In this document: piece after piece, positions 47,359-57,529 of the stretch
How positions within the stretch are numbered: position 1 is the first letter of the stretch
Layout: each line of letters opens with the position of its first letter
NCBI GenBank assembly: GCA_947494155.1
Contig: CANLTW010000001.1
Coordinates: 64,001 to 128,000, forward strand
Direction of reading: 5' to 3'
From: Chlamydiota bacterium
GTDB lineage: Bacteria > Chlamydiota > Chlamydiia > Chlamydiales > RGXB01
Length of the DNA stretch: 64,000 nt
Translations under genes and position numbers: made by a program
Notes under the pieces: generated by a model
The model's database searches: none
What the model was told of the DNA's origin: nothing
What the model saw: the letters and a program-made list of their open reading frames with translations, nothing else

Positions 47359-47769
47359 ATGAGACGACGCTTTTTTGATGAGGCAACCGAGGACTTGGAA
47401 TTGATCAATCTCACCCCTTTGATTGATGTTCTTTTCACCGTTTTGGTTCTTTTCATCGTGATCTCCCCTTTTTTGGATATCGAGTCGATCCAATTGGGGC
47501 AAAAAGGGGCAGAGGCTGTGGGGCAAAGAGCGAAAAGAAAAATCCGTATTTTTGTCCAAAAAAATGAGCAGATCAAAATAAACGATACCCCAGTAACGAT
47601 CAAACAGCTCCCGGTAGTTTTACAAGAATTAAAAAAAACATTTCACGAAGATACCGTTGAGCTCTACCAAGATAAAAAATCCCCTTTTGGAACCTATTTA
47701 CAGATAAAACATGCGCTGGAACAAGCAGGCTTTGAAGAAATGGATCTTGTGGTCCAATCCGAAGGATAG
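47359..47769 (+). CDS. tolR: TolR/ExbD
   Basis: INLTPLIDVLF.VLVLFIV and D...FG...I..AL..AG. Confidence 0.88.
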   Translation: MRRRFFDEATEDLELINLTPLIDVLFTVLVLFIVISPFLDIESIQLGQKGAEAVGQRAKRKIRIFVQKNEQIKINDTPVTIKQLPVVLQELKKTFHEDTVELYQDKKSPFGTYLQIKHALEQAGFEEMDLVVQSEG

Positions 47770-48418
47770 TGCCGAAAAAATCGCTTTAAAAAGGGCCCTT
47801 CAGGTACACCTGGTACTCTTTTTATTGTTTTCTGCCAACTCATCCCCTAGCTTTTTTGGCAAACCCAAACAAAAACTGCATGTGCAAACAACCTATCTGG
47901 AAATCAAAAAAGGGGCTTTAGCAAAAGAAAAAAGTGCTTTAAATACCACCAAAAAAACCAGCCAGCCCCCCCCTTTACAAACAAAAAAGAGAGCCGAGAC
48001 AAAACAAGAGGCGAGCGTCGCAAAACACCCCCAAAAACCCAAACTTAAAAACCCCTCCCCTCAAAAGCGGATAGAGGAGCTAGAAAAAAACCTCAAAAAA
48101 ATTGAAACTTCCCAAAATGAGCCACCAAAAGAGCTTTATGTTGCTGTAGAGGCCTCACATGAGGTGAAAGAGACCCTCCCCTACGAAAGCCTTGTAGTGC
48201 ATCTTTTGCAAAAATCTCTCAAACTCATTGACCCTGAGAGTGTCGACGTGCATATCTTTGTCAACCCAAACGGAATTGTTGATAAAATACTAGAAATTGA
48301 TTCACAAAGCGCCCTGAACGCGAAAATAGTCGAGGCATCACTGGAAAAAATGGTCTTTCCCGGTTTTGAGAGTTCAGAACCTATCGAACTCCATTTGCAT
48401 CTTTGTACTGGAAACTAA
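47711..48418 (+). CDS. TolA/TonB-like energy transducer
   Basis: HLVLFLLF TM with His, Lys/Pro-rich linker, positioned between tolR and tolB. Start may be TTG 47747. Confidence 0.7.
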   Translation: MRWNKQALKKWILWSNPKDSAEKIALKRALQVHLVLFLLFSANSSPSFFGKPKQKLHVQTTYLEIKKGALAKEKSALNTTKKTSQPPPLQTKKRAETKQEASVAKHPQKPKLKNPSPQKRIEELEKNLKKIETSQNEPPKELYVAVEASHEVKETLPYESLVVHLLQKSLKLIDPESVDVHIFVNPNGIVDKILEIDSQSALNAKIVEASLEKMVFPGFESSEPIELHLHLCTGN

Positions 48419-48446
48419 GGTAGAATTCCTCTACTCTTTTTTGTAA

Positions 48447-49829
48447 ATGCAACGAATAGTAAACACCCTCTCTTTATCCCTTTTGAAAAAGAGCGTTTCT
48501 TTTTTATTTTTTCTTGCACCGTTATTTCTTTTTGCCAAAACCTCCACAAGCACGATTGTGATCCCTTTAGAGGTGGTAAAATCGCTACCCACAATTTATT
48601 TTTCTGACAGCCCCTCAAGCGGAGAATTCAGTGCAGCCTACAAAGACAGCCTTTATGAGGTTCTCAAAGAGGATATCGAGGAGTCCTACCATTTTGATTT
48701 GACCCTAGGGAAAATCGATATGGAGCCTCTGGTAACAGGGCCGTTAAAAACCGCTTCAAAGGAGTTAGTGGCATTCACCGCCGATTTTGTTCTTTTACCA
48801 AAAATGGAGGGGAAAAATTGCACCTTAAAAATTTATGAACCCCGTTTTCACCAAACCTCAACCGTGGCCAGCACCCCTTTAACGGGGAATTTTGAAGAGG
48901 ATCGGCAAAAAATCCACACCCTTTTTGACCAGCTCCATCTCAAAGTATTCCATCAAGAGGGGATCGCAAGCTCAAAAATCCTTTTTTGCAAAAAAACCGA
49001 GGAGATCGAAGGAGAATGGATTTCCGATATCTATGAGGTTCAACAGGATGGTACACACCTAAAGAAGATCACCTCATCGCAAAATTATCTTATCACTCCG
49101 CTAATGATTCCCAAAACGCGAAAACAAAATAGCTACGACTATCTTTTCGTGTCCTACGAAAAAGGGCAGCCTAAAATTTATAAAGCAAACTCCTCCTCAA
49201 GCGCCTCTATACCTTTACTACCATTAAGGGGTAATCAGCTACTACCCGCTTTGAGCGCTGTAGCAGATAAGATCGCTTTTATTTGCGATGCATCGGGTCG
49301 CACCGATCTTTTCTTGCAACAATTCCATCCGCAAAAGGGGGCTATAGGAAAACCGATTCAGCTTTTTTCAAAAGGCAATTCCACCCAGGCTTCTCCCTCT
49401 TTTTCGCCCTGTGGCTCCAAGCTTGCTTTTGTCTCCGACAAAGATGGTTGCCCGAAAATTTATGTACTCGACATCATCGACGCTATTCGTTCCCAAAAAA
49501 CCCCTCTGGTGCGTCTTTTAACTGTGAACCACAAAGAGTCGACATGCCCCAGCTGGTCACCCGACGGAAAAAAAATTGCTTTTAGTGCTATGAGCGAAGG
49601 GTATCGTCAAATATGGGTGATGGATCTGGATAAAAAAATAGAGATGCCTATCACTAGCGGCCCGATAGATAAGGAAAATCCCTCCTGGGCACCCGACAGT
49701 ATCCATTTGGTATACAATACCACCGGAAAAGAATCGCAAATATATACTATTGATATTGTAAAGCAAAAACCTGTAAAAATACCTACAGGGGACGGGATCT
49801 CCCATTTCCCCTCATGGGAACAAAGATGA
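48447..49829 (+). CDS. tolB: Tol-Pal beta-propeller TolB
   Basis: Repeated PSFSP.G.KLAFVS, PSWSPDGKKIAF and PSWAPD (PD40-like) motifs. Confidence 0.92.
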   Translation: MQRIVNTLSLSLLKKSVSFLFFLAPLFLFAKTSTSTIVIPLEVVKSLPTIYFSDSPSSGEFSAAYKDSLYEVLKEDIEESYHFDLTLGKIDMEPLVTGPLKTASKELVAFTADFVLLPKMEGKNCTLKIYEPRFHQTSTVASTPLTGNFEEDRQKIHTLFDQLHLKVFHQEGIASSKILFCKKTEEIEGEWISDIYEVQQDGTHLKKITSSQNYLITPLMIPKTRKQNSYDYLFVSYEKGQPKIYKANSSSSASIPLLPLRGNQLLPALSAVADKIAFICDASGRTDLFLQQFHPQKGAIGKPIQLFSKGNSTQASPSFSPCGSKLAFVSDKDGCPKIYVLDIIDAIRSQKTPLVRLLTVNHKESTCPSWSPDGKKIAFSAMSEGYRQIWVMDLDKKIEMPITSGPIDKENPSWAPDSIHLVYNTTGKESQIYTIDIVKQKPVKIPTGDGISHFPSWEQR

Positions 49830-50512
49830 GAAACCATATGAAAAAATTCACTCCGCTCGTTTTTTTCGTACTTGCGAGCTGCACCAGCACCGTTTATGAT
49901 GCATGGGAAGAGACGAAAATGGCGACAAGATCCTTTACAAAACAGGGTCTAGCTTATTTAGGTTTAATTGAAGAAGAGTCTCGTATTGTAGCTACTTCTC
50001 AAGAGATCTACCAATCCTCCGAAGAAGAATTTGTCCCTTTAAGGGATCAGGATTTGTCGAGCCAATACATGGATGAGTCCTATTCCCAGCCTAAAGAGAC
50101 AAAGGCACCTGCCAGAAAAGGGATGCATGCAACAGAACAATTCTCAAAACCCTCTTCAACCCTCTCCTCTATCTTCTCGACAGTGTACTTCAATACAGAC
50201 GAGCATGTGCTCTCGCAAAAAGAGTATTACCAGGTAATCAACAGAATCGCCTCCTACATGAAAAAAAATCCCCATGTCTATTTGAGTGTAGAGGGTCATT
50301 GTGACCAAAGAGCCTCTGAAGCCTACAATCTTGCCCTAGGGACTAGAAGAGCTCAATTCATCCGTAGCCTTTTAGTAAAAGCGGGAGTCGAATCAGACCA
50401 GATTAATACCGTCTCTTTTGGAAAAGAGCGCCCTATCTCGAAAGGAAACACAAAAGAGTCATTAGCTAAAAATCGTCGTGTTGAATTCAAAATATTCCAG
50501 CAGAGGTCCTAA
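49826..50512 (+). CDS. pal: Peptidoglycan-associated lipoprotein Pal (OmpA domain)
   Basis: Lipobox LASC, VEGHCDQR...YNLALG.RRA, SFGKERP and NRRVEF. Confidence 0.92.
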   Translation: MRNHMKKFTPLVFFVLASCTSTVYDAWEETKMATRSFTKQGLAYLGLIEEESRIVATSQEIYQSSEEEFVPLRDQDLSSQYMDESYSQPKETKAPARKGMHATEQFSKPSSTLSSIFSTVYFNTDEHVLSQKEYYQVINRIASYMKKNPHVYLSVEGHCDQRASEAYNLALGTRRAQFIRSLLVKAGVESDQINTVSFGKERPISKGNTKESLAKNRRVEFKIFQQRS

Positions 50513-51142
50513 ATGAAATCTCTCACTCCCCTACTTGCTCTTTTAGTCTCTTGCTCCAACCTTGTTGTATCCCAAAGATCTGATAAACAACAAATGGAGT
50601 TCAGCGTCCAAAAACTCAAGAATGAGATTGAAGATCTGAAGCAGGAGATGAAAGCCCACCAAATTGAGGTGGGTATTTTAGAGGGTAAAATCATGAACCA
50701 TGAAGAGGATCTAGGCTACCTTCAAGCCCAGGACCTACCCGGAAAAACCGGGGGGCGCTTTTTAGACTCCTCTACCCTCATGGAAAAAAAGATCCTCGAA
50801 ATCGAGAGGACTCTAGAGTTGATTGTGAAGCGTTTTGACCGAATCGAAATAGAATCGAGAGAGATCGCTAAATCCTATGGGATTTATAAGCAACGCTTCC
50901 AAGACTATGAGAAATTTTTGCAGTCTCAAAATGAGTCTATGCAAGAGCTCGCTAAAACTAAAAAATCTTTTAAAGAAAAAAGCGAGGATCTGCTAGAAAC
51001 CAGCGCTTATCGTGTGCGCGCAGGCGATTCGATCGAAAAAATTGCCCGCCAATTTGGGACAACCCCAGAGCAGCTGAAAAAAATCAACCAGCTCCATAAT
51101 GATCTCATTCTTGTTGGCCAAGAAATCCGAGTTCCGAAATGA
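50513..51142 (+). CDS. Coiled-coil LysM lipoprotein
   Basis: Lipobox LVSC, coiled coil and C-terminal YRVRAGDSIEKIARQFG...LKKINQL..DLILVGQEIRVP. Confidence 0.9.
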   Translation: MKSLTPLLALLVSCSNLVVSQRSDKQQMEFSVQKLKNEIEDLKQEMKAHQIEVGILEGKIMNHEEDLGYLQAQDLPGKTGGRFLDSSTLMEKKILEIERTLELIVKRFDRIEIESREIAKSYGIYKQRFQDYEKFLQSQNESMQELAKTKKSFKEKSEDLLETSAYRVRAGDSIEKIARQFGTTPEQLKKINQLHNDLILVGQEIRVPK

Positions 51143-51879
51143 TCTGCCTTATCGATTCGGGCATAGGTGGTCTGTTAGTCTATAAAGAGCTCAAAAAAAT
51201 CCGCCCTGAATTGCGAGTCATCTATGTTGCAGACAATAAGAACTTCCCCTACGGGATAAAATCTCCTGAAGAGATTTTAGATGCGATTAAAGATATCGAA
51301 AAAGGGCTTAAAACATTTTGTTTGGAAAAAATCACGATTGCCTGTCACACAGCTTCCATTGTACTTGAAAATTCCCCTTCAAACTTTAGTCTAATCACTA
51401 CGACCACAAAAAAACTGATCAACCAGCTCAATGAGAGGGGCTCGGTTGCTATTTTAGGGAGTAGAGCTACAATTGAAAGTGGCTACTACCAAAAGCTGTT
51501 TTTTGAAAAAGGGTTTGAAAAAATCCAAGGGTTTCCCCTGCAAGATCTCATAGGTCTTATCGAAAATCAAATCACAGAGGAGTCACTTTTAATAAAAGCA
51601 TTAGAACCTTTAATCGCCTTTTCGCCAGAAATCCTCCTTTTAGGATCGACACACTACCCCTACCTGGAGACACTTTTGGTCAAACTTTTCCCCTTCTCGA
51701 AAATTGTAAACCCCTCCAGCCAGTTTGCTTTAGAAATTTCTGCTAACGTTTTAAGCCCCTCAAAAAATGACCTAGATGAAGATCTTTTCATCACAACTAA
51801 ACACGATCCGGGATTTCTGCGTAGATTGCAAAAAAATCCAATAAATAATCTTTTAAAAAAAGATGTCAAGCGTGTATAA
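51139..51879 (+). CDS. murI: Glutamate racemase-like protein (second catalytic Cys replaced by Ser)
   Basis: IDSGIGG, YVAD..NFPYG.KS, IACHTAS and LLGSTHYP. Confidence 0.85.
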   Translation: MICLIDSGIGGLLVYKELKKIRPELRVIYVADNKNFPYGIKSPEEILDAIKDIEKGLKTFCLEKITIACHTASIVLENSPSNFSLITTTTKKLINQLNERGSVAILGSRATIESGYYQKLFFEKGFEKIQGFPLQDLIGLIENQITEESLLIKALEPLIAFSPEILLLGSTHYPYLETLLVKLFPFSKIVNPSSQFALEISANVLSPSKNDLDEDLFITTKHDPGFLRRLQKNPINNLLKKDVKRV

Positions 51880-52110
51880 TCTTCTTTAAACTTGAAAAAG
51901 AAAAAGCCGTAATTGCTAGGTTATATAGACTATTAAAAACCCCTTTATTCTTCTTTATTTATGCATAAGAAATGCGTGCTTATTTTTGGTATGAACTACT
52001 GAATTCTAAAAAAGCGAACCCCTTTCTTTATTGCATCCAATTTTGAAGACTGTAAGTAAAAGGCTTTTTTTGTTTAAATATACGTTTAAGACTAAGAAGA
52101 AAGGATTCAC

Positions 52111-52866
52111 ATGAGTCAGAAGAAACGCATTCTACTGATCGAGGATGAAGAGGATATCGCAGCTCTGATCAAACTCCAAGCTGAGCTCTCGGGATTTAAA
52201 CTTCACGTTGAGGTGGATGGGATAAATGGATTCCGCGCAGTAGAACGGGAAAAACCCGATCTAGTTTTGCTTGATATCATGCTTCCTGGCCAAAACGGGT
52301 ACGATGTTTGTCGCAAAATCAAGAGCACCCCCGAGCTCAAATCGATACCTGTTATCATCCTCACTGCAAAAGATGAAGAACTAGACATCCTTTTGGGTCT
52401 AGAACTCGGCGCCGACGACTACATTCTTAAGCCTTTTTCCCCTAAAGTTCTGATGTCCCGCATCCGTGCGGTGCTTAGAAGGGGGAAAGAGAACGAAAAA
52501 GCTCCTAAGACCCTCTGTTTTGGAGAATTCACTTTAGAGGTAGATCGCTACCTTCTTCGTAAAAAAGATAAAGTGATCACGATTACCCTATCTGAATTTG
52601 GAATCCTCAAAAGACTCTTGCTTAACCGCGGTAAAGTCCTTACACGAAACCAACTTCTTGATGATATTCATAATGATGACTCTTTTGTTGTCGACCGCAA
52701 TATCGATGTCCACATTGCAGCTCTTCGCCGCAAACTAGGTCCAAATTTTAAATGGATCGATACGGTAAGAGGAGTTGGCTATCGGTTTAAGGGAGATGCT
52801 AACGAGACGTATGATGATGAGAGCGAGTCCTATGATCTTGAGGAGATGGAAGAGGCTCTGGTCTAA
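52111..52866 (+). CDS. OmpR/PhoB family response regulator
   Basis: IEDE, LLDIMLPG, LTAK, GADDYI.KPF and winged helix R.IDVHIAALRRKL...IDTVRGVGY, plus an acidic tail. Confidence 0.93.
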   Translation: MSQKKRILLIEDEEDIAALIKLQAELSGFKLHVEVDGINGFRAVEREKPDLVLLDIMLPGQNGYDVCRKIKSTPELKSIPVIILTAKDEELDILLGLELGADDYILKPFSPKVLMSRIRAVLRRGKENEKAPKTLCFGEFTLEVDRYLLRKKDKVITITLSEFGILKRLLLNRGKVLTRNQLLDDIHNDDSFVVDRNIDVHIAALRRKLGPNFKWIDTVRGVGYRFKGDANETYDDESESYDLEEMEEALV

Positions 52867-52877
52867 AAAAACCTAAA

Positions 52878-52903
52878 AAAAGAGGGGCTCCAGCCCCTCT
52901 TTT
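52878..52903 (+). terminator. Intrinsic terminator
   Basis: aaaagaggggct-cc-agcccctctttt directly after the response regulator stop. Confidence 0.85.
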
Positions 52904-53001
52904 GCTTTTAAAAACCCTCTATTTTTGCCAATCTCTCTTAACAAGTTTAAAATAAATCCCCTATCGTTTAAGAAACAGGCAAAAGACACCATAGGTTTTT
53001 T

Positions 53002-53451
53002 ATGCAAAAAACGTTAGTAACTTCTCTTATAGCCCTATCCCTTATCTCTTGCTCTACAAACACCGGAACCGGTGCTTTGGTTGGAGGGGGTGGTGGCGCC
53101 CTGATTGGAGGCTTGGCAGGTGGCTGGGAAGGGGCGGCAATCGGTGGTGCTGCCGGTGCTATTTTAGGGGGGCTGATTGGGAATGCAGCAGACCAAAAAG
53201 AAAAACAGCAACAAATTGATAACCAATACCCTGGTCTCTCCCAAAAACTGATCAATAATGAGCCTTTAAATGTTCAAGATGTGATCAATTTATCCAAACA
53301 GAATGTTCCGGCTGAGCAAATTATCCGCTACCTTAAGGATTCGGATAGTCAATTCTCGCTTACAACCCAGGATTGTAAAACTCTTTGTAGAAAAGGGGTT
53401 GACGATTCGGTCGTCAGATATATGAGCCAAGGGCAGTGTGGTTGCAACTGA
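53002..53451 (+). CDS. Glycine-zipper lipoprotein
   Basis: Lipobox LISC, GALVGGGGGALIG...GAAIGGAAGAILGGLIG and C-terminal CGCN. Confidence 0.85.
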   Translation: MQKTLVTSLIALSLISCSTNTGTGALVGGGGGALIGGLAGGWEGAAIGGAAGAILGGLIGNAADQKEKQQQIDNQYPGLSQKLINNEPLNVQDVINLSKQNVPAEQIIRYLKDSDSQFSLTTQDCKTLCRKGVDDSVVRYMSQGQCGCN

Positions 53452-53585
53452 TCTTTACGTGGTATTAATAGTATATTTACTAATTATTTTATCTCGAAAA
53501 ATCGGGTGTTTTTCTATGCAAAATTTGATTGATTTTTAAAATATATATGCGATAAACAAATGGTTCTAAACTTTAAAAAAACGTC

Positions 53586-54602
53586 ATGGCACTAGCGACC
53601 TCCTACACCCCGTACAACGAACCTCACCAGCTTTTGGATCCAATCCATCAGCTTCAGGAGGAGAGCGTTTTTTGTGAACGTTTTGAAAAACTATCGAGCT
53701 TTCATCTCGTCTTTCACTTCTCCTGCCTAACTCTTTTGAGTCTACAAACTCTGGCGTTTGTGTATCTTCTTGTGATGAACACCCGATCTCCCTATGTTGC
53801 GGCTCTCCTTTTTTCGGGTATTTTGACTCTATTCTCCTACTTGATCCTCCTTTTTTACTACCAAGCGAAAAAACCGCAGGATTTCCAGGATCTAAGACGC
53901 TTTTTCATCCAGGCATGCCGTAAAGAGATCGCTGAGAGTCGACCCAACCAAGAGGAGCACCTCTTTTTAGCAAAAGCTGCAGAAAGTTTGACAAGCAAGC
54001 TGGCTAAAAACCAGTTCTATCTAAACAATCTGGGGACACTCTCCTCTCTAATACGTCTAGTACGTTTCAAAGATGTGGAGAAAATGCAGGAGCTTTTAAT
54101 GTATGCTGCTATTCAAGAGCACATCGAAAAGATCAAAAAAGATCCCCTCAATTCCCAAACGCATTTATCGCTAGCGAAATCCTATCTCAACATGTACAGG
54201 CTCTACCAGTCACCGCTTAAAGAGCCCCTTAGCCGGTTTTGGATCGTCAAAAAAATCATCCAAACTGAGAAGAGGCAAAAAAGGGTAGATGCCTCTTTAC
54301 TACTAGCGATGGAGGAGCTAAGAATTGGTTTAGCATCTCAAAATGAGGAACCCTGGGCTCTTTTGGAACTTGCAAATTGTTACGAGGCTCTTCAAGATAA
54401 GCAACTAGAACTTCATACACTAAAACAGCTTCAAGAGATTCGCCCCCTTGACGAGTCTTTGCTTTTACGCATAGGAAAAATCTACTTTTTCCTCGGTATG
54501 ACCTCGCATGGTCTCGAGATTTTTTCCACATTAAAAAACATCAATGTGCACCTCTCGTTTGAACTAATCGATTCTTACAACGCCTACCTTAAAAAGATCT
54601 AG
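53586..54602 (+). CDS. Membrane protein with C-terminal TPR-like repeats
   Basis: Two N-terminal TM segments; helical P..PW.L.ELA.CY and LLRIGKIYF.LG repeats. Confidence 0.7.
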   Translation: MALATSYTPYNEPHQLLDPIHQLQEESVFCERFEKLSSFHLVFHFSCLTLLSLQTLAFVYLLVMNTRSPYVAALLFSGILTLFSYLILLFYYQAKKPQDFQDLRRFFIQACRKEIAESRPNQEEHLFLAKAAESLTSKLAKNQFYLNNLGTLSSLIRLVRFKDVEKMQELLMYAAIQEHIEKIKKDPLNSQTHLSLAKSYLNMYRLYQSPLKEPLSRFWIVKKIIQTEKRQKRVDASLLLAMEELRIGLASQNEEPWALLELANCYEALQDKQLELHTLKQLQEIRPLDESLLLRIGKIYFFLGMTSHGLEIFSTLKNINVHLSFELIDSYNAYLKKI

Positions 54603-54718
54603 AAAAAGATCTAGCCAACCCCCTTTCCCTTTTTTTTCTCTTTCAAGTAATTTTTTTATTTAAATTTTTTTCTTAAACGATTAGAAATCAAGTAAGTATA
54701 GCTATAAAGGGATGCAGA

Positions 54719-57508
54719 ATGAAACGAGGGCTCTTTTTGGGTGCGGTTGTGTCACATTTAGCCTTGTTTTCACAAGGAATTTCTACAGATTCTCTCGACA
54801 AAGAAGAAGCATTCATGGTCAGAAGGATCACAGAATTCTGGAAAGACCAGGATTTTGCCCTAGTGGAGAGACAAATATTTGTTTTTTTAGAAAAGTATCC
54901 CGATTCGACTCTTAAAGATTATCTCAAAGGAATTTTGGGGGATATTTATCTTAAAGATCGAAACTTTGAAAAAGCGATTGACACCTACTTATCGATTCAA
55001 GACTCTGACGTCGAAGAGAAGGTTCTAGTGAATGCATTACAAGCGATGTACGAGCTTAGCCGTTACAACGACTTGTATATGACAGGCGGCAAGTATTTAG
55101 CCCATCCGGAGATTTTTGAAGATCGCAAAGAGGAATTTCTTTTCCTTGTTGCCGAGGGTTTTTTTCGCAGCTCGCTAGATCAAGAGGAGGCTAGTGCACT
55201 CCCCCTTTTACAAGAGGCTAAAAAACTCTATGAAAAACTGGTCAAAACAAGTTACGGTGATCCTGCTCAATTTGCTTTAGCTGAAATCTACAAAAAGACG
55301 AATGAGCCCCAAAAATCGGCAGAACTTTTTAAAAAGCTTGCCTCTAAGTATAAGGATAAAAAAGAGGAGCTCCTCTTTCATGCAGGTCTCGCTGAATCCT
55401 CTTACAATCCTAAAGGGGCGATCGATACGTTTAGCGAAGTGGTCGAAATGCGCGGAAGCAGACTCTTTACCAGCGCGTTTAATCGTCTTGTACTCATGTT
55501 TCAACTAGAAGCTTATGATTCTGTTATCGACTCCATCGATGTTGTTTTAGCCAACGCTGATCAACAAAGCCTGCCCGTTGTCCTCTATATGTACTCACGC
55601 TCTTTATTTGGGGCAAAAATGTATGATAAAGCACTTGAAATTCTTGATAAGCTTGAGGCGAGAAGCGCTTTAGACGAAGCCCAAAAGAAAAATCTCTACC
55701 TGATTGAGCTTGGATCGAGCCAGCAGCTTAAAGCCCTTGAGCGGTACGAAAAAGCGCTTAAAAAGTTTGAGTCGGCCTTTCCTCAAGATAAAGAGATCCC
55801 TAAAGCAATTTTTATCCACGCACTACTTTTGAAAGAGCAGCTTAAAACACAAGAGGCGCAGTGTCAGCTGGAAAAAATCCTAAAACAATTCAGTGATTTT
55901 GAGAGTGCCGATTCGCTTTTGCTCGAATATGGGCTTGTAACTTACGACAATGAGCAGTATGAGCTTTCCCGTACGAGTTTGAAAAGTTTTATCGACACCT
56001 TCCCCTCTTCAGATCAGATCCATCTCGCCTGGCGTTATTACCTCTCGGGAACACTACAGCTTTACGATCTGATCCAAAGAGAAGAGCACACCGTAGAGGA
56101 ATTCTCAAAAATTCAATTCTTTAGTGATTTGAGTTGGGTGTTGTCTAATGCCAAGGGGTTGTCTGATAAAGAGATTCAAGAGAGCCGATTCTTGCAGGCA
56201 AAAGTCGGTTTTGATTTAGGGTATACACAGGAATCCTTGCAAAAGCTTGTGACCTATATCCAAGACTACTCCAAACATAGCTCTATCTCGGATGCCCACC
56301 TCCTTGTTGCTCTCTGCTATGACCGTATGCGCACCAACTACGAGAACTTTATTGAACATGCCGATAAATCGATCCAGTTAGCGCAGAAACAAGATCACCT
56401 CAGCTCGATGCACATCCAAATCTTTAATGCCCTACTTCGCTATAAAGAATCTTTAGAATCTCACCCTAATTTAACACAATTGCAATCTAAACGGCTTAAA
56501 GAGATCCAAGAAAAAGCATCCCAACACCTCTATGCGGCATTCATTCGTGAGGACCTCGATATCCGAAAAGAGAATCTTTTATGGTTATCGAATATTTTCT
56601 ATGACCAATCTCCGCTACACTTAAGTGTTTATGAGAGGGTAGAAGGGGCAGAATCTCCCCTTCCCGACAACTTATCCAAGGCCAAAAAAATCCTACAAAG
56701 AATTTTGGTGTCGGGCAAAGAGACCTTCCTTAATCAGATCCAGAGTGCTCCAACTCTTGAGTGGGATATGATGCGACTTGTACGTATTGCCCATAAAGAG
56801 GGGAATTTGCGCCAAAAACAATCCTACCTAGAGATCCTTACGGAGTCCTATAGAAAGTGTGCCCATACATGGAGCCAAAGGCAAGAGGCTCTTATCGAAC
56901 TCTCCAAAATTTATGAGGTGCAAGGGAATAAAAAAATGGCTCTGGAAACTCTTAAAGAGGCCGTAGCTGTCTCGGGGTCCCACAGAACAATGGGTTCAGA
57001 GTATGCGCGCATCCATAAAATACGCCTTGAGTGTGAGGATTTCGAAAATTTTAATCAGGCACAAATTGAGGAAAAGATCAACTACCTGAAAGGATTGCAA
57101 ATCCAAAAAGATGTGGGATCAGAGCCTCTGCACCTTGAAGCAAGCCTTGTCTATGCTGAAGCAAGAACCTATCTATCTGATGAGCTCGAAAAAGACTCCA
57201 AGCACCTCTTCTTTTTGAACCGGGTGAAGGAGGATTATAATAATCCTAAAGATCCCCAAATAGTCGCTTACAAATCGAGTCTGAATCAGAATCCAAAGCT
57301 TAAAGGGCTGTACGAAGAGTATATGCAGGTGTTGGATGCAGAGATGCTCCTTGCGAAATTCCGTCTAGAATCGGCAAATGGGGATTCCAGGGATGCTAAT
57401 GTCTACAAGCTCGAGGGGTTAAAACTCCTCTCAAAATTGAAAAAAGAGCCCTTAGTCTCCCACTATGTGAAAGTAAAAGTAGATGATCTTGAGAATCTTT
57501 TCGAATAG
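54719..57508 (+). CDS. Large secreted TPR-repeat protein
   Basis: Signal peptide, F..KYP.S, LGDIY, AQFALAEIY and FIDTFPSS TPR-type motifs. Confidence 0.8.
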   Translation: MKRGLFLGAVVSHLALFSQGISTDSLDKEEAFMVRRITEFWKDQDFALVERQIFVFLEKYPDSTLKDYLKGILGDIYLKDRNFEKAIDTYLSIQDSDVEEKVLVNALQAMYELSRYNDLYMTGGKYLAHPEIFEDRKEEFLFLVAEGFFRSSLDQEEASALPLLQEAKKLYEKLVKTSYGDPAQFALAEIYKKTNEPQKSAELFKKLASKYKDKKEELLFHAGLAESSYNPKGAIDTFSEVVEMRGSRLFTSAFNRLVLMFQLEAYDSVIDSIDVVLANADQQSLPVVLYMYSRSLFGAKMYDKALEILDKLEARSALDEAQKKNLYLIELGSSQQLKALERYEKALKKFESAFPQDKEIPKAIFIHALLLKEQLKTQEAQCQLEKILKQFSDFESADSLLLEYGLVTYDNEQYELSRTSLKSFIDTFPSSDQIHLAWRYYLSGTLQLYDLIQREEHTVEEFSKIQFFSDLSWVLSNAKGLSDKEIQESRFLQAKVGFDLGYTQESLQKLVTYIQDYSKHSSISDAHLLVALCYDRMRTNYENFIEHADKSIQLAQKQDHLSSMHIQIFNALLRYKESLESHPNLTQLQSKRLKEIQEKASQHLYAAFIREDLDIRKENLLWLSNIFYDQSPLHLSVYERVEGAESPLPDNLSKAKKILQRILVSGKETFLNQIQSAPTLEWDMMRLVRIAHKEGNLRQKQSYLEILTESYRKCAHTWSQRQEALIELSKIYEVQGNKKMALETLKEAVAVSGSHRTMGSEYARIHKIRLECEDFENFNQAQIEEKINYLKGLQIQKDVGSEPLHLEASLVYAEARTYLSDELEKDSKHLFFLNRVKEDYNNPKDPQIVAYKSSLNQNPKLKGLYEEYMQVLDAEMLLAKFRLESANGDSRDANVYKLEGLKLLSKLKKEPLVSHYVKVKVDDLENLFE

Positions 57509-57529
57509 GTAGGGCTAAGGTTTAAAACT

